64,000 bases of DNA from Polyangiaceae bacterium (GCA_965222375.1 CBDCTZ010000004.1:1-64000); one strand, 5' to 3'; numbered from the stretch's first letter, positions 37,983-48,219 are shown. The notes: generated from the sequence alone by a model not told the origin. Numbers and translations are program-made.

Positions 37983-38617
37983 GGGGCTTCGCTTTCTTCG
38001 AGTAGCATAGCGCGCAGCTCTTGAGCCACGCCGAATGCGCCGCGGCCGTCGATGACGACGTAGGCTTCGTCCTTGTCCTCCAACTTGTCGGCGAGGCGGT
38101 CCGCGACGCTGGAAGATACCCGTCCGCCGTGGCCTAAGGACTTGACGCGAGTGTAGCTAACCGGCCCCGGAGCAGAGTCCTCGCAAGACAAGTCCCGAAC
38201 CGCAAGCACGCCAATCTCCTTCGCGACCACACTGGACGTTTCCTCGTCGAAAAGACCAGCGGGCTCCCACACCAGGGTGCGGCCCTCGAAGGAGCTGACC
38301 AGGCCCGCCAGACGCTCGACAGTCGCCTTGCCGGGCCGCACGCTGGCTGGCGTACGCAACAGCAAGAAGGCCGCGTCGAGTTCGTCAGCCATGGACAGAA
38401 CGCGCGCGCGTTCGTCTTCGTCCTGCGTCAGGCTCGACAGGGACGCCGGAAGCACGACGGAAAACACGAAGCCTTGGGGCGCCTGTTCGCGGAAGCTCCG
38501 CAGTCGCTTACGCCGAGGAGCGCGGCCCGCGTCGGTCCGGATCTCCAGCAGGTCGAAGCGTTCGGCGTAGCGGGCAAAATCACCGATCAGGGCGGGGCGC
38601 CCGACACGCAGTTTCAT
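37979..38617 (-). CDS. DUF72-like protein
   Basis: YAERFDLLEI, APQGFVFSV, LLRTPASVRPG, LVWEP; start ATG 38617. Confidence 0.7.
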   Translation of the reverse strand: MKLRVGRPALIGDFARYAERFDLLEIRTDAGRAPRRKRLRSFREQAPQGFVFSVVLPASLSSLTQDEDERARVLSMADELDAAFLLLRTPASVRPGKATVERLAGLVSSFEGRTLVWEPAGLFDEETSSVVAKEIGVLAVRDLSCEDSAPGPVSYTRVKSLGHGGRVSSSVADRLADKLEDKDEAYVVIDGRGAFGVAQELRAMLLEESEAP

Positions 38618-38663
38618 CGCGGCCCTTTGTGCCAAAGCCACGGCCGTGGGGCCAGGGGGAATC

Positions 38664-39527
38664 TCACTGCCCGTCAAAACAGAACCACTGCGTGGGATGG
38701 GCACGCAGGAAACGCTCGAGTTCCCAGGCCGCACGCTCCCCTGCCCGCGCCAACTCCGAGGGACTAGGCCGGCGGGACACTCGCAGGGATGGTCCACCCC
38801 ACAGTTCGTAGTGAAAGTGGCCGACCCGACGCACAAACAGGGGGATCACTGGAACCTGAGCCAACCCGGCAATACGAAACGGCCCCTCGGGCACCTGGGA
38901 GGGACGGCCGAAGAGCCGTACATCCAAGGCACGAACCCCACTCGGAACTCGGTCCATTTGGAAGGCGACGACCCCGCCGGATTGAAGCCGCTTGAGCAGT
39001 GGGAGCGCATCGGTCGGGTCACGCCCCACGTGCACGATCTCGACGCCGGCGCGGCGCCGCACGTCATCATGCAGCGCCTGGGCGGCGCGACTCGCTTCGG
39101 GTCGCATCACGATTGTGACGCCCCGGCGCAGGTCACGCGCTATCAGCGGCGCCGCTGCGTCCCACGCTCCCGCGTGGGCCGTCGCGATCACCAGTCCCCC
39201 CGGACATTCCAGCGCCGACGCCAGCTCAGGGTCCTTGAACCGACAACGTGCCTGATTGGCCTCGGGCCGGCCCGCCGCAAGAGATTCGGCGAGGCAGTGA
39301 GCGTACTGGGCAAACGCCCGCGCCGACGCCAGCCGGAGCGCCGCCTCGCTGTCGGATTGCAGCGCGCCGCGCAGACGCCGCTGCAACCTGCCGCGCGCTT
39401 CGGGAGCAGCCAGGGACACCGACAGCCCGATAGGACCAGGGCTGAACTCCAACCACCAGCGCGGTCCATAGCGGGACCCGAGGTAGGCCAGCTTTCGCCA
39501 CAGCGCGGACGATTCGACGCCGGCCAT
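38664..39527 (-). CDS. Lipid A / lysophospholipid acyltransferase (LpxL-like family)
   Basis: AHAGAWD, MDR, FGRPSQVPEGP, RAHPTQWF. Confidence 0.85.
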   Translation of the reverse strand: MAGVESSALWRKLAYLGSRYGPRWWLEFSPGPIGLSVSLAAPEARGRLQRRLRGALQSDSEAALRLASARAFAQYAHCLAESLAAGRPEANQARCRFKDPELASALECPGGLVIATAHAGAWDAAAPLIARDLRRGVTIVMRPEASRAAQALHDDVRRRAGVEIVHVGRDPTDALPLLKRLQSGGVVAFQMDRVPSGVRALDVRLFGRPSQVPEGPFRIAGLAQVPVIPLFVRRVGHFHYELWGGPSLRVSRRPSPSELARAGERAAWELERFLRAHPTQWFCFDGQ

Positions 39528-40777
39528 CAGCGCAGAGATCGCAGCTGCTTCTTGATCGCGGCGCGATTCACGCGGCCTCGCTTCGCCTTGAGCGCCTTCT
39601 TGAATGCAACCTTTGCTGCCGCTCGCTCACCATTGGCGCGGTGTACCTCACCCAAGGCGACCCAGCCCGGCGCCCACTTTGGGAAGTCCTGCGTGACCCG
39701 GTCGGCGAAGGCCCGCGCGGTCGTAGGTCGACCAAGTGCAAGGCATGCACGTGCCCCTCGCACCAACGGCCTCGGATCCGTGCGTGCAAAACCATGCGCC
39801 TGCTCATAGGCCTCGATCGCCAGGTCGATGTCACCCCGCTTGGCTAGGGCGTCGGCCCGGGCAAGCTTTGCTCCCGAGTGATTGCTCACGAGCTTCAGGG
39901 CCAGATCCGCCTCAGCAAGGCCTCCTTTGGCATCTCCCTTGGCCACCAACACCGCAGCCAAAGAGGCGTGCCAATCGGCTTGTTTGGCGTTGAGTGCGAT
40001 GGCGCGGCGCAGTGCAGCCTCCGCCCCGCTCAGATCCCGCAAGCCGTGCTTGACGACTCCCAAGCGCGCGTGAGCCGCCCCGAACCCGGGTCGAAGGGCA
40101 ATCGCCTTCTCCAGTGCGTCCCTGGCAGCGCCGCCCGAGAGGGCACGACCCAGGGCGAGCAAAGGCAGCGGCTCCTTGGGTGCAACCTGGTGCGCCTTGC
40201 GCAAGTGAGCGTGGCCTTTCCCGCGCAGCAGCTGGCCCAGACGTAAGTGTGCCTCGTAGCGCCTGCTGTCCTGTGCGATCGCTTTGCGGTATGCGGCCTC
40301 GGCCTTGTCCTTCTGGCCCATCTGCATCAACGCTCGGCCCCGCGCAACGAGGGCGTCGTAGTTTGCCGGCTCCTTTTTGAGGGCCTTGTCGGCCAGAGGC
40401 AGCGCCAAAGACGCCCGTTTCCAGAGGAGCTGCGCTTCCGCCGTGCAAACCCACTGGGAGGCGACCGAGACCCCTTTGAGAGATCGGCACTCCCTCACGG
40501 CCTGCTTTTGCTTGCCTGCATCGATGAGGCTGCGCGCAGCTTCGAGGCGCGCGGCAATTGCCGTAGGGCCACGGTTCGTCTTTAGGTACGCGCGACGGAG
40601 AATGCGGACCGCCTGGTCAAACTGTCCCGCGCGGCGCAAGTCTTTGCCCAATTCCAGCAATCCCTGGGCATCCCTGGGCGGGACTCTCAGTCTCTTGCCG
40701 AGGTCCGCTGAAGCAGGTGCCGCGCCAAAAAAGGCCGCACACAAGCCAAGGGTCGCTAGAGTTTTCGAGGTCATCAT
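39527..40777 (-). CDS. Exported TPR protein, highly basic
   Basis: Signal peptide (..APASA), multiple TPR units (AEAAYRKAIAQD, AEAALRRAIALN); start moved to 40777. Confidence 0.85.
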   Translation of the reverse strand: MMTSKTLATLGLCAAFFGAAPASADLGKRLRVPPRDAQGLLELGKDLRRAGQFDQAVRILRRAYLKTNRGPTAIAARLEAARSLIDAGKQKQAVRECRSLKGVSVASQWVCTAEAQLLWKRASLALPLADKALKKEPANYDALVARGRALMQMGQKDKAEAAYRKAIAQDSRRYEAHLRLGQLLRGKGHAHLRKAHQVAPKEPLPLLALGRALSGGAARDALEKAIALRPGFGAAHARLGVVKHGLRDLSGAEAALRRAIALNAKQADWHASLAAVLVAKGDAKGGLAEADLALKLVSNHSGAKLARADALAKRGDIDLAIEAYEQAHGFARTDPRPLVRGARACLALGRPTTARAFADRVTQDFPKWAPGWVALGEVHRANGERAAAKVAFKKALKAKRGRVNRAAIKKQLRSLR

Positions 40778-41011
40778 GTTGCAGGTGCGCCAGCCCTCGG
40801 GCGACTGGCAATGCCATCCGGGTTTTGCGGGGGGAGTAGCGCTGAATGGCACGGAGCGCAATTTTCCCAGCAAGCCCCCGCCGCGACGGAAATCTCCATG
40901 CGTGGGGCCCGGATTTTCGCTAAGTTTCGAATCGGCATTCGCTACTGGCTGTCCCGTCGTGGGTTGGACGACCCCGGGGCGGCCTGAATTCAGCGACGAG
41001 AGGTAGGGCAC

Positions 41012-42172
41012 ATGGTTCGCAATTCGACCGTTATTATCGCAGCCTTCGCTGCCGCATCCCTGCTGGGTTGCTCCGAAGACAAGGGCGGGAAGATCCCGGG
41101 TGGCGGAGGAGCGCTCACGCCGGAAAACGGGGCGTTCTGCGAGGACAGCTGTTTCGGGAGCACGTTTGAGACCACAACCGGGCGGCCCGTGGACAGCTGT
41201 TGCGTTGCGGTCGGCGAGCCCGGTCGATCATCAACCAATCCTCACTTGGTTCGCACCAAAGACACGGACGAGTACGCCGACCCAAAGGGAGGCCCGCCAA
41301 ACCTGTCCTGCTTTGAGCCCAGCGGATATCCATCGCAGCCGCCCGCGGGCGGTACGCAGAAGACCGCAAGCCTTGCCGGTGTGATCAAGACCTTTTCGAA
41401 CGGTGGCTGCGCAGCGGAAGACTTGATCGGTCCCAATGCAGTCACCGTCGAGGTCTACAAAGTCAAGCGCACCGGGGACCCGGCCACGGATGGCGCGCTC
41501 GGCGACCTAGTCGGCACGGCGTTGGTCGCGAACGATCAAATGCCCATCGTGAAGGAGGAGGTCACCAACTGCGCCGACGACCCCAAGCTGAACCGCCAGT
41601 ACGAATATCCCGACGTGCCGATGTACACGGAGCTCGTCGTCAAGAGCTACGGCAACGGTTGGTCCCCGCTCTACGCCTACAACATCTACATCAGCGAAGA
41701 TTCCCCGGATTACGACTCGACGAATAACTCGTACGCCTACGACGTGCGCGCACTGGCCGAGGGTGACTTCCAGACGATCGCCACTGTGGCGATCGGAAAG
41801 ACGATCACCGCAGGCAACGGCGCCATCGGCGGCGAGGTACACGACTGCGACAACATCCGACTGCAGTTCGCCCGCGTGGATGTCTCCGTGCCTCGAGTTG
41901 GATTGGAATACTTCAATGACAACGAGGACAATAAACTGCCAGACACCACCCGTAGGGACATCGGAACCGGTAGAACGGCGCTCTACTCCGCTCTGGACAT
42001 CACTGTCCCGGGCCCCGAGGGGCTGTACGCCCGGATGGCTGGCGCAGGTCTCGTCCCTGGGCCCGATGGCGACAAGCTGGTGAGCCTCGGGTACTACGAC
42101 GTCCGCGTGTTCCCAAACAGTGTCACGAGTGTGAGCCTGCGCGGCCTGAGGCCCTTCCAGGTTCCCAAGTGA
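41012..42172 (+). CDS. Cys-rich acidic hypothetical lipoprotein
   Basis: Lipobox LLGC; GEVHDCDNIRL motif; beta-rich. Confidence 0.75.
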   Translation: MVRNSTVIIAAFAAASLLGCSEDKGGKIPGGGGALTPENGAFCEDSCFGSTFETTTGRPVDSCCVAVGEPGRSSTNPHLVRTKDTDEYADPKGGPPNLSCFEPSGYPSQPPAGGTQKTASLAGVIKTFSNGGCAAEDLIGPNAVTVEVYKVKRTGDPATDGALGDLVGTALVANDQMPIVKEEVTNCADDPKLNRQYEYPDVPMYTELVVKSYGNGWSPLYAYNIYISEDSPDYDSTNNSYAYDVRALAEGDFQTIATVAIGKTITAGNGAIGGEVHDCDNIRLQFARVDVSVPRVGLEYFNDNEDNKLPDTTRRDIGTGRTALYSALDITVPGPEGLYARMAGAGLVPGPDGDKLVSLGYYDVRVFPNSVTSVSLRGLRPFQVPK

Positions 42173-42912
42173 ACCTCGACGCGCTCGCTCCGGCGTGCGC
42201 CACATCGGATACGCTCTTCGAGGGTCGGCTGCGACTGACGCAGCCAACCGTCGGCCACAGAGCGACCGTGGACACGCTGCTCCTGGCCACTTTTGCCGGA
42301 GGACTCCGCGCTCCGAAGACGGTCCTGGACCTGGGCGCGGGCGCGGGTGCGTTGACCCTCGTGCTGCACCACCTAGGCGTCGACGCGCGCTTCTCGCTGG
42401 TGGATGTGTCATCGACCGCGTGTGAACTGGCCCGAAACAACCTGACGCAGGCCGGCCTGTCACACCGGGTGTGGTGCCACGACCTGTCCACGGGCTTGCC
42501 CACGGAGTGCCGGAGGATCGCGGAACTGGTCGTGCTCAATCCCCCCTACTTCGAGCCGGGCTCTGCTCGGGCTCCCCGCAACGCGCAGCACACGCGTATC
42601 GGCGCTCTCGGGCCCTTCCTACAATCAGCCCGGGATGGTCTGGCACAACGTGGCTCCGTCGCAGCCTGCTACCCAGCTGCAGCACTACAAACGCTGCTCG
42701 GAACGGCCGCCAGCGTTGGCTTGCACGCCAAACGGCTGCGCCTGGTTCATGCCTTCGCCGCTCGGCCTGCGCGGTTGGCCCTGGCGGAGTTCAAACCCGG
42801 GCGCGGAGGTGGTCTGGAGGTCCTGCCACCCCTGGTCGAGTGGCATGCACCGTCCAAGCGCAGCGCTGAACTCGAGTGCATCATCGCCGGCCGCAGAGTC
42901 GATCGAGCATGA
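42169..42912 (+). CDS. SAM-dependent methyltransferase, tRNA1(Val) A37 N6-methylase-like
   Basis: LFEGRLRLTQP..GHR..DTLLLA, LDLGAGAG, NPPY. Confidence 0.8.
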   Translation: MNLDALAPACATSDTLFEGRLRLTQPTVGHRATVDTLLLATFAGGLRAPKTVLDLGAGAGALTLVLHHLGVDARFSLVDVSSTACELARNNLTQAGLSHRVWCHDLSTGLPTECRRIAELVVLNPPYFEPGSARAPRNAQHTRIGALGPFLQSARDGLAQRGSVAACYPAAALQTLLGTAASVGLHAKRLRLVHAFAARPARLALAEFKPGRGGGLEVLPPLVEWHAPSKRSAELECIIAGRRVDRA

Positions 42913-43444
42913 TCGCCGCGGCGGCACGTACGCTCAAATGGTTGTAGCCATCCGGGCGCGGCGACTCGATGGGTGCGAGGCGCGCCGTCGCAGCTGGCGT
43001 CAGGCTGGGCGATAGCCCCCAGCCGGTCCCCAGCACTACTAGCACCGGCTCGCCCTCGGATTCGAGTCGGGCGCGTGCCGCCTCGAAGTCCAGCTCGGAT
43101 GCACCGGAGCGCGCGCTCGTCACCCAGACGTCAACGGCACCCCCCGCTCCGTGAGCGCGGCAAGCTTCCTCCAGGGAGTCCACGACTCGCAGCAATGCGA
43201 TTGCCTTACTGCGGTCCGGGATGCGGCGCGCCCCGCTGCCGGTGGTCCAATGGTCCTTCACGCGCTCCGCGAGCTGTCGCTGAGCTGCGATCGGGTGGCT
43301 CACGTACAGCGCGCTGGCGCCGTAAGTGTGGGCGCTCCTGCTGATGTCATGCAGGTCGAGATTCGTGATTGCCGTGGTAACGACTTCGCCCTGGCGGTCC
43401 AAGACCGGATGGTGCACCAGCGCAAGACCGAGACGGCGCTTCAC
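42881..43444 (-). CDS. SPOUT-type RNA methyltransferase (trmD-associated)
   Basis: [44 protein letters not shown]. Confidence 0.88.
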   Translation of the reverse strand: MKRRLGLALVHHPVLDRQGEVVTTAITNLDLHDISRSAHTYGASALYVSHPIAAQRQLAERVKDHWTTGSGARRIPDRSKAIALLRVVDSLEEACRAHGAGGAVDVWVTSARSGASELDFEAARARLESEGEPVLVVLGTGWGLSPSLTPAATARLAPIESPRPDGYNHLSVRAAAAIMLDRLCGRR

Positions 43445-44136
43445 TGCTCTGCCTTGGACAGCAAATCGGGACGGCGATGGAGCGTGCGGGCTTTGGACTG
43501 CTCGCGGCGCCAGGCTTCGATCTTCTCATGATGCCCGCTTCGCAACACTTCTGGAACCATCTGACCGCGAAACTCCGCGGGCCGGGTGTACTGCGGGTAC
43601 TCGAGCAGCCCTCCCGCGACCCGGCTGAAGGACTCGTCCCGGGAAGAACTCTCGTTGCCGAGCACCCCCGGAATCAGACGCACGCAAGCCTCCACGACTG
43701 CCATGGCAGCAACCTCGCCACCGGTGAGAATGAAGTCCCCGAGGGAGACTTCCTGGTCCACGAACGCCCTCACGCGTTCGTCGAATCCTTCGTAGCGACC
43801 GCAGATCAACACCAACGCCTCTCGCCGCGCCAGCTCCTCGGCCACCGGTTGCCGCAGCGGCTGCCCCTGTGGCGTCAACAAGACCCGGTGGCTGCGGCCG
43901 CCCAAGTGTCGCTCCGCGCTCTCGATGGATTGAACTACGCAGTCGACCCGGAGGACCATCCCTGAACCACCACCATAGGGCGTATCATCCACGTTCTGGT
44001 GCTTGCCCAGCCCCTGGTCTCGCAGCGGCTCCAGATGAATCGAGAGTTGCCCGCCGTCGACCCCACGCCCGACGAAACTCGTCGAGGCGAATGCCTCGAA
44101 AAGCTCCGGGAACAGAGTAACCACAGCAACGCGCAT
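43441..44136 (-). CDS. trmD: tRNA (guanine37-N1)-methyltransferase
   Basis: [47 protein letters not shown]. Confidence 0.97.
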   Translation of the reverse strand: MRVAVVTLFPELFEAFASTSFVGRGVDGGQLSIHLEPLRDQGLGKHQNVDDTPYGGGSGMVLRVDCVVQSIESAERHLGGRSHRVLLTPQGQPLRQPVAEELARREALVLICGRYEGFDERVRAFVDQEVSLGDFILTGGEVAAMAVVEACVRLIPGVLGNESSSRDESFSRVAGGLLEYPQYTRPAEFRGQMVPEVLRSGHHEKIEAWRREQSKARTLHRRPDLLSKAEQ

Positions 44137-44144
44137 GACCGTGC

Positions 44145-44651
44145 CTAGAAGATGAACGCCTCGGCGTTGGCCAGTTCCATTTGGCCCTTGGCGACGTCAA
44201 CCGACACAAGCCACGGCTCGGCTAGGGGTTGCTCCGCCCGCCTGCCGTCCGAGAGCTCAATCACGACGCTATCCACGGTCGCGTGACTCAGTACCTCGAC
44301 GACCTTACCCAACTCGGCCCCTTCGACCTGTACGCTGAGCCCCACCAGATCGCACAGGTAGTACTCCCCGGGCTCCAATGCGGGAAGTTCGTCTCGAGAC
44401 GCTTCGACTCGACAGTCACGCAGGCGCTCGGCTGCGTCGCAATCATCCACTCCCCGGAGCTTGAGCAAGTAGCCCTTGCCAACCCTACGCGCAGCCTCGA
44501 GGGCGTACGTGGCTCGCCGCCCCTGTCCGTCCACCACGTCGATGTTGCGCAGCGAGCCGAGGGAGTCACTTTGGTCCCAGTGCAGGCGCAGCTTCACCTC
44601 TCCGCGCAGGCCGTGCGGCTTGGTGATCTTGCCTAACTCGATGGCAGTCAA
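44145..44651 (-). CDS. rimM: Ribosome maturation factor RimM
   Basis: [24 protein letters not shown]; operon position. Confidence 0.93.
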   Translation of the reverse strand: MTAIELGKITKPHGLRGEVKLRLHWDQSDSLGSLRNIDVVDGQGRRATYALEAARRVGKGYLLKLRGVDDCDAAERLRDCRVEASRDELPALEPGEYYLCDLVGLSVQVEGAELGKVVEVLSHATVDSVVIELSDGRRAEQPLAEPWLVSVDVAKGQMELANAEAFIF

Positions 44652-44884
44652 TCCACGATGTCGAGGTGCGCGCGGCGGCCCAGCTTGGTAGACGCGGCCG
44701 TCAAAATCGTTCGCATCGACTGTGCGGTGCGACCGTCTTTGCCGATGACTTTACCGATGTCACCTTTGGCCACTTTGAGTTCGATGAGCGAGTTGTGGTC
44801 GCCCTCGATTTCGGTGACTTCAACGTCGTCGGGCTCGTCAACCAGCGCGCGCGCGATGGTAGCGATCAGTTCCTTCAGTGCCAT
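44648..44884 (-). CDS. khpA: KH-domain RNA-binding protein KhpA
   Basis: LKELIATIARALVDEPDDV..DIGKVIGKDGRTAQSMRTIL; start ATG 44884. Confidence 0.92.
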   Translation of the reverse strand: MALKELIATIARALVDEPDDVEVTEIEGDHNSLIELKVAKGDIGKVIGKDGRTAQSMRTILTAASTKLGRRAHLDIVD

Positions 44885-44991
44885 TCGTTCGAGAACTCCG
44901 GGTGTCGCTGGCGCGCTAGTGCGCCCGAGGGGGGTAAAAAAAGAGCGGGGAAAGGTCCGTGCGACGCCGTGTTTTCGCTTCTCGAGCCGCC

Positions 44992-45234
44992 TCAGGCCGT
45001 GGTGGGCTGGGGCCTCTTGAGAAGTTGCTCGACGGTAGCCGACGGCTTCGCACCGTGGCTGCGCCAATGCTCGACACGCTCCCGATTGACTTCGAGCTTC
45101 TCGATGCCCGGGTGGAACGTCCCGAGGTTTTCGATGAACCTCCCGTCGCGGGGGTTTCGCTGGTCGGTTACGACGATTCGGTAGAAGGGCGACTTTTTGG
45201 TGCCGTGTCGGGCAAGCCGGATATGAACTGCCAT
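44992..45234 (-). CDS. rpsP: 30S ribosomal protein S16
   Basis: MAVHIRLARHGTKKSPFYRIVVTDQRNPRDGRFIE; GAGG SD. Confidence 0.97.
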   Translation of the reverse strand: MAVHIRLARHGTKKSPFYRIVVTDQRNPRDGRFIENLGTFHPGIEKLEVNRERVEHWRSHGAKPSATVEQLLKRPQPTTA

Positions 45235-45483
45235 GATTCCTCAAAAAAATTCTGCTGCTGTGCGTGCGCCCGGACTTTCCGATAAACGGTAGCACCGCGG
45301 CTGACCAACGCCAGGGTCCGGAAGGGGGCCGGGACTCTAGGGGAAGGGCTGGGACCGGTCAAGGCCGGAAAACGACCGCGCCAGGCCCCTCAGGGGAGCA
45401 CGACGGGCACGGCCGCGCTTCGGGGTCGCTGGCAGGTTTTTCGGGTTCGTCATGCTCGAACTCCGTGACCCCATCGTGATACC

Positions 45484-45756
45484 GTGGTCGAGCCAATGGC
45501 CGCCGGGGAGCTCGACCGCGTAATCCAACAGGTGCTCACCCCCCTGCTAGCGTCAGACGGCGGCGAGGTTTACTTGGTGGAGGCGACCGTGGAGCGCGTG
45601 CACATGCACCTTGCAGGGCGCTTCGCTGGCTGCCCGGGAAACACTCTGGTCAAGAACCACGTGGTCGAGCCGGCAATCCACCGCGTGGCCCCCGACGCCG
45701 AGGTCGAATTGACCTCGGGAGCGATCATTCCTCCGGGCGCCCAGCGTATCAGCTGA
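45484..45756 (+). CDS. NifU C-terminal domain-like protein (single Cys)
   Basis: PLLASDGGEVYLV..LAGRFAGCPG. Confidence 0.75.
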   Translation: MVEPMAAGELDRVIQQVLTPLLASDGGEVYLVEATVERVHMHLAGRFAGCPGNTLVKNHVVEPAIHRVAPDAEVELTSGAIIPPGAQRIS

Positions 45757-45763
45757 GCAGCCG

Positions 45764-46633
45764 CTACTTGCGTCGGCGCTTCTTCTTCTTTTTCCTTTTG
45801 TCTTCCGGCGGCTTCGCGGGCTCGGTTTTGCGCGTAGCCAGCGCCACATCCTTGTCGAGAGCGTGGGGATCCGCGAGCTTGTTCTTGCGCATCGACCGCA
45901 GTTTCCTCCAAACGGAAGCATCCGCGTAGGCCATGCCGATCGTCTTCTGATACTCACGATTGATGGCGCGAACGATGATCTTGCCGTCCGTCCAACGGGC
46001 CTCGGCGAAGTTGCGACCCTTAGCGTAGTCAGGCTCGATCATCTGCGGCGGCACGTCGCCGAATCGCTTCGTCAGGATCTTGATGGCATTCTCGAAGCTC
46101 GTGCCGTAGCGGCCACCTCGGCGCAGCTTGTGTTCGTCGTATACGAGCCAGAGCCTATTGTTGAAAAAGAAGAAGTTTCGCGTGGTGCCGCTACGTAGCG
46201 TCACCCGGGTCATGCTCTCGTTGTTGCCGTAGCTGTACTCGCCCTTGAGGGGGGACTGGTCGATCCCCGTGGGCAGGTTGCCGAAGTGAACCTTGCTGCG
46301 ACGCAAGATGGACTTCTTCATCTTCAGCTCCGCATCGAGAGCTGCCATCCGGGGTCCGGGGGAAGTCTTCTTGTAGAGTTTGACGAATTGCTTGTCGAAG
46401 ACCTTGTCGTAGATCTTGGCGAGTCGCTGAAGACTGATGCCCCAGGCAACCCCACGAGGGGACAGACCAATCCGCTTCTTCATGCGCGCTGGGCCAGTCG
46501 GGGCCGCCTTCTTCTTCTTTTTCGCCTTTTTCGCGCCCACTACGACGACCGGAGCCGCGTTGGCGGGGCTCGGCGCCAAGGCGCAAGCCAAAAATCCCGC
46601 ACCAGCGAGCGTGAAAATGAACCGGAACTTCAT
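45764..46633 (-). CDS. Exported, very basic hypothetical protein
   Basis: Signal peptide (..PANA), poly-Lys tracts at both ends; start moved to ATG 46633. Confidence 0.75.
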   Translation of the reverse strand: MKFRFIFTLAGAGFLACALAPSPANAAPVVVVGAKKAKKKKKAAPTGPARMKKRIGLSPRGVAWGISLQRLAKIYDKVFDKQFVKLYKKTSPGPRMAALDAELKMKKSILRRSKVHFGNLPTGIDQSPLKGEYSYGNNESMTRVTLRSGTTRNFFFFNNRLWLVYDEHKLRRGGRYGTSFENAIKILTKRFGDVPPQMIEPDYAKGRNFAEARWTDGKIIVRAINREYQKTIGMAYADASVWRKLRSMRKNKLADPHALDKDVALATRKTEPAKPPEDKRKKKKKRRRK

Positions 46634-46672
46634 CGCTATCCTCCCGAAATTCTTCCCATAAGCGCGTTGCTG

Positions 46673-46688
46673 TGGCACGACGCTAGCA
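46673..46688 (+). promoter_or_regulatory. Candidate sigma-54 (-24/-12) promoter
   Basis: TGGCAC-GACGC-TAGCA versus consensus TGGCAC-N5-TTGCW (one mismatch, GG-N10-GC kept). Confidence 0.55.
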
Positions 46689-46751
46689 TTGCATGAGCGG
46701 ATGGCTCAAGCGGCCACCATCAGGCAATTAGACGGGCCACTCCCCAATTTC

Positions 46752-47300
46752 ATGGAACGAAGAGCTTTCCTTTATTTGGCGACTTTCAGTGCCTGGGGGC
46801 CCGGGTGTGGGCCAAAAGCGCCAACAGGCGCACCAAAAGCCCTGAAATACCCGGCCTATGGCGCCGCAGAAGCGGCCTTGTTCGGTGACACGATCGCACC
46901 AGACTTTCTTGGAGCGGAGCGTCAAGAACCGGTTGCCGAGGACGAATTCTTGGCGCTGCGGGTCGCCGAGGCGGACAGCGTGCTATCCGCGCGCATCTCC
47001 ACCGTGAGCAGAGACTCCCGCGGCGGTGAGGGTGCCCACTACTCGCTCCGGGCCGTCATTGTCGGGCCGGCGCTGGCGGGTAGGAATGAAGCGGAGCCCG
47101 TAACACTACTGGTGCCTCCATCCAGCGCTTCCTACACTTGGGTACGAGCCTTGGAAGCCGCACTGGTAGGTCGACCCCTGATTCTGTTCATGAAAAGATA
47201 CAACGATGCGGGTTCAGCTCGAATTCACTGGCACTTGGAACCGGACAACCTCCCTGTACGCATGGCGGTAGAACGCGCAAAACGCGAGGTAGGACGATGA
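46752..47300 (+). CDS. Hypothetical protein, possible lipoprotein
   Basis: MERRAFL..GC N-terminus; ATGA overlap with map; start uncertain. Confidence 0.6.
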   Translation: MERRAFLYLATFSAWGPGCGPKAPTGAPKALKYPAYGAAEAALFGDTIAPDFLGAERQEPVAEDEFLALRVAEADSVLSARISTVSRDSRGGEGAHYSLRAVIVGPALAGRNEAEPVTLLVPPSSASYTWVRALEAALVGRPLILFMKRYNDAGSARIHWHLEPDNLPVRMAVERAKREVGR

Positions 47301-48121
47301 GGCACGGACTCGGCTTTCGGACTGGCACTGTGGAAATCAAGACAACGAAGGAAATCGACGCGATGCGCGAAGTCGGGCGCCTCGCCGCAGAGACCCTGTG
47401 TCGGGTGGGGGAAATGATACGGCCCGGACTCACGACCCAGGAAATCAACGCTTTCGTCCATGCCGACACCCTCCGGATTGGCGCGCAGCCGGCTCCCCTG
47501 AACTACCGCGGTTTCCCCAAGAGCGTATGCACGTCCGTCAACGAGGTCGTCTGCCACGGAATTCCTGGGCCCTACGTGCTCAAAGACGGCGACATCATCA
47601 ACGTCGACGTGACTCACATCTTCAACGGCTTCCACGGCGACACCTCCGCCACGTTCTATGTCGGCAAGCCGAACGACGAGGCGATTCACGTGACAGAAGT
47701 TGCCCGCAGAAGCCTCGAACTCGGGATCGCCCAGGTGAAGCACGGCTCGCGATTAGGCGACATCGGCGCCGCGATCCAGGAGTTCGCTGAGAGCAAGGGT
47801 TGTTCAGTCGTTCGGGATTTCGTGGGTCATGGCATTGGACGGACCTTTCATGACGAACCCAAAGTCAGTCACGTCGGTCGCCATGGGCGCGGGGTGAGAT
47901 TGAAAGCCGGAATGACCTTCACCATCGAGCCCATGATCAACGTTGGCGGCTGGGAGGTGAAGGTCCTGGACGACGACTGGACCGCCGTGACCGTGGATGG
48001 CGAGCTGAGCGCTCAGTTCGAGCACACCATCCTCGTGACCAGCGACGGGTGCGAAATCCTCACTTCGCGAAGCGCCAAGCTTGAAAATAGCGAGCTTTAT
48101 CCAGCCTACTTCGACCGCTAG
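47297..48121 (+). CDS. map: Methionine aminopeptidase type I
   Basis: CTSVNEVVCHGIP, DVT, HGDTS, GHGIG..FH, TIEPMIN, SAQFEHT. Confidence 0.97.
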   Translation: MRHGLGFRTGTVEIKTTKEIDAMREVGRLAAETLCRVGEMIRPGLTTQEINAFVHADTLRIGAQPAPLNYRGFPKSVCTSVNEVVCHGIPGPYVLKDGDIINVDVTHIFNGFHGDTSATFYVGKPNDEAIHVTEVARRSLELGIAQVKHGSRLGDIGAAIQEFAESKGCSVVRDFVGHGIGRTFHDEPKVSHVGRHGRGVRLKAGMTFTIEPMINVGGWEVKVLDDDWTAVTVDGELSAQFEHTILVTSDGCEILTSRSAKLENSELYPAYFDR

Positions 48122-48189
48122 GCGTTCCCACCTGCTGCTTCCGCCGCCCTTTCGCGAAGATATTTAGCGCCGACATGCCACCAGCAGGC

Positions 48190-48219
48190 TTGACGGATCC
48201 GCTCGCGCGCGACTAGCTT
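48190..48219 (+). promoter_or_regulatory. Sigma-70-type promoter of the Fic-like gene
   Basis: TTGACG-18 nt-TAGCTT. Confidence 0.6.

Noticed and set aside
40847..40862. TGGCACGGAGCGCA as a sigma-54 promoter
   Set aside because: GG to GC spacing is 8 rather than the required 10.
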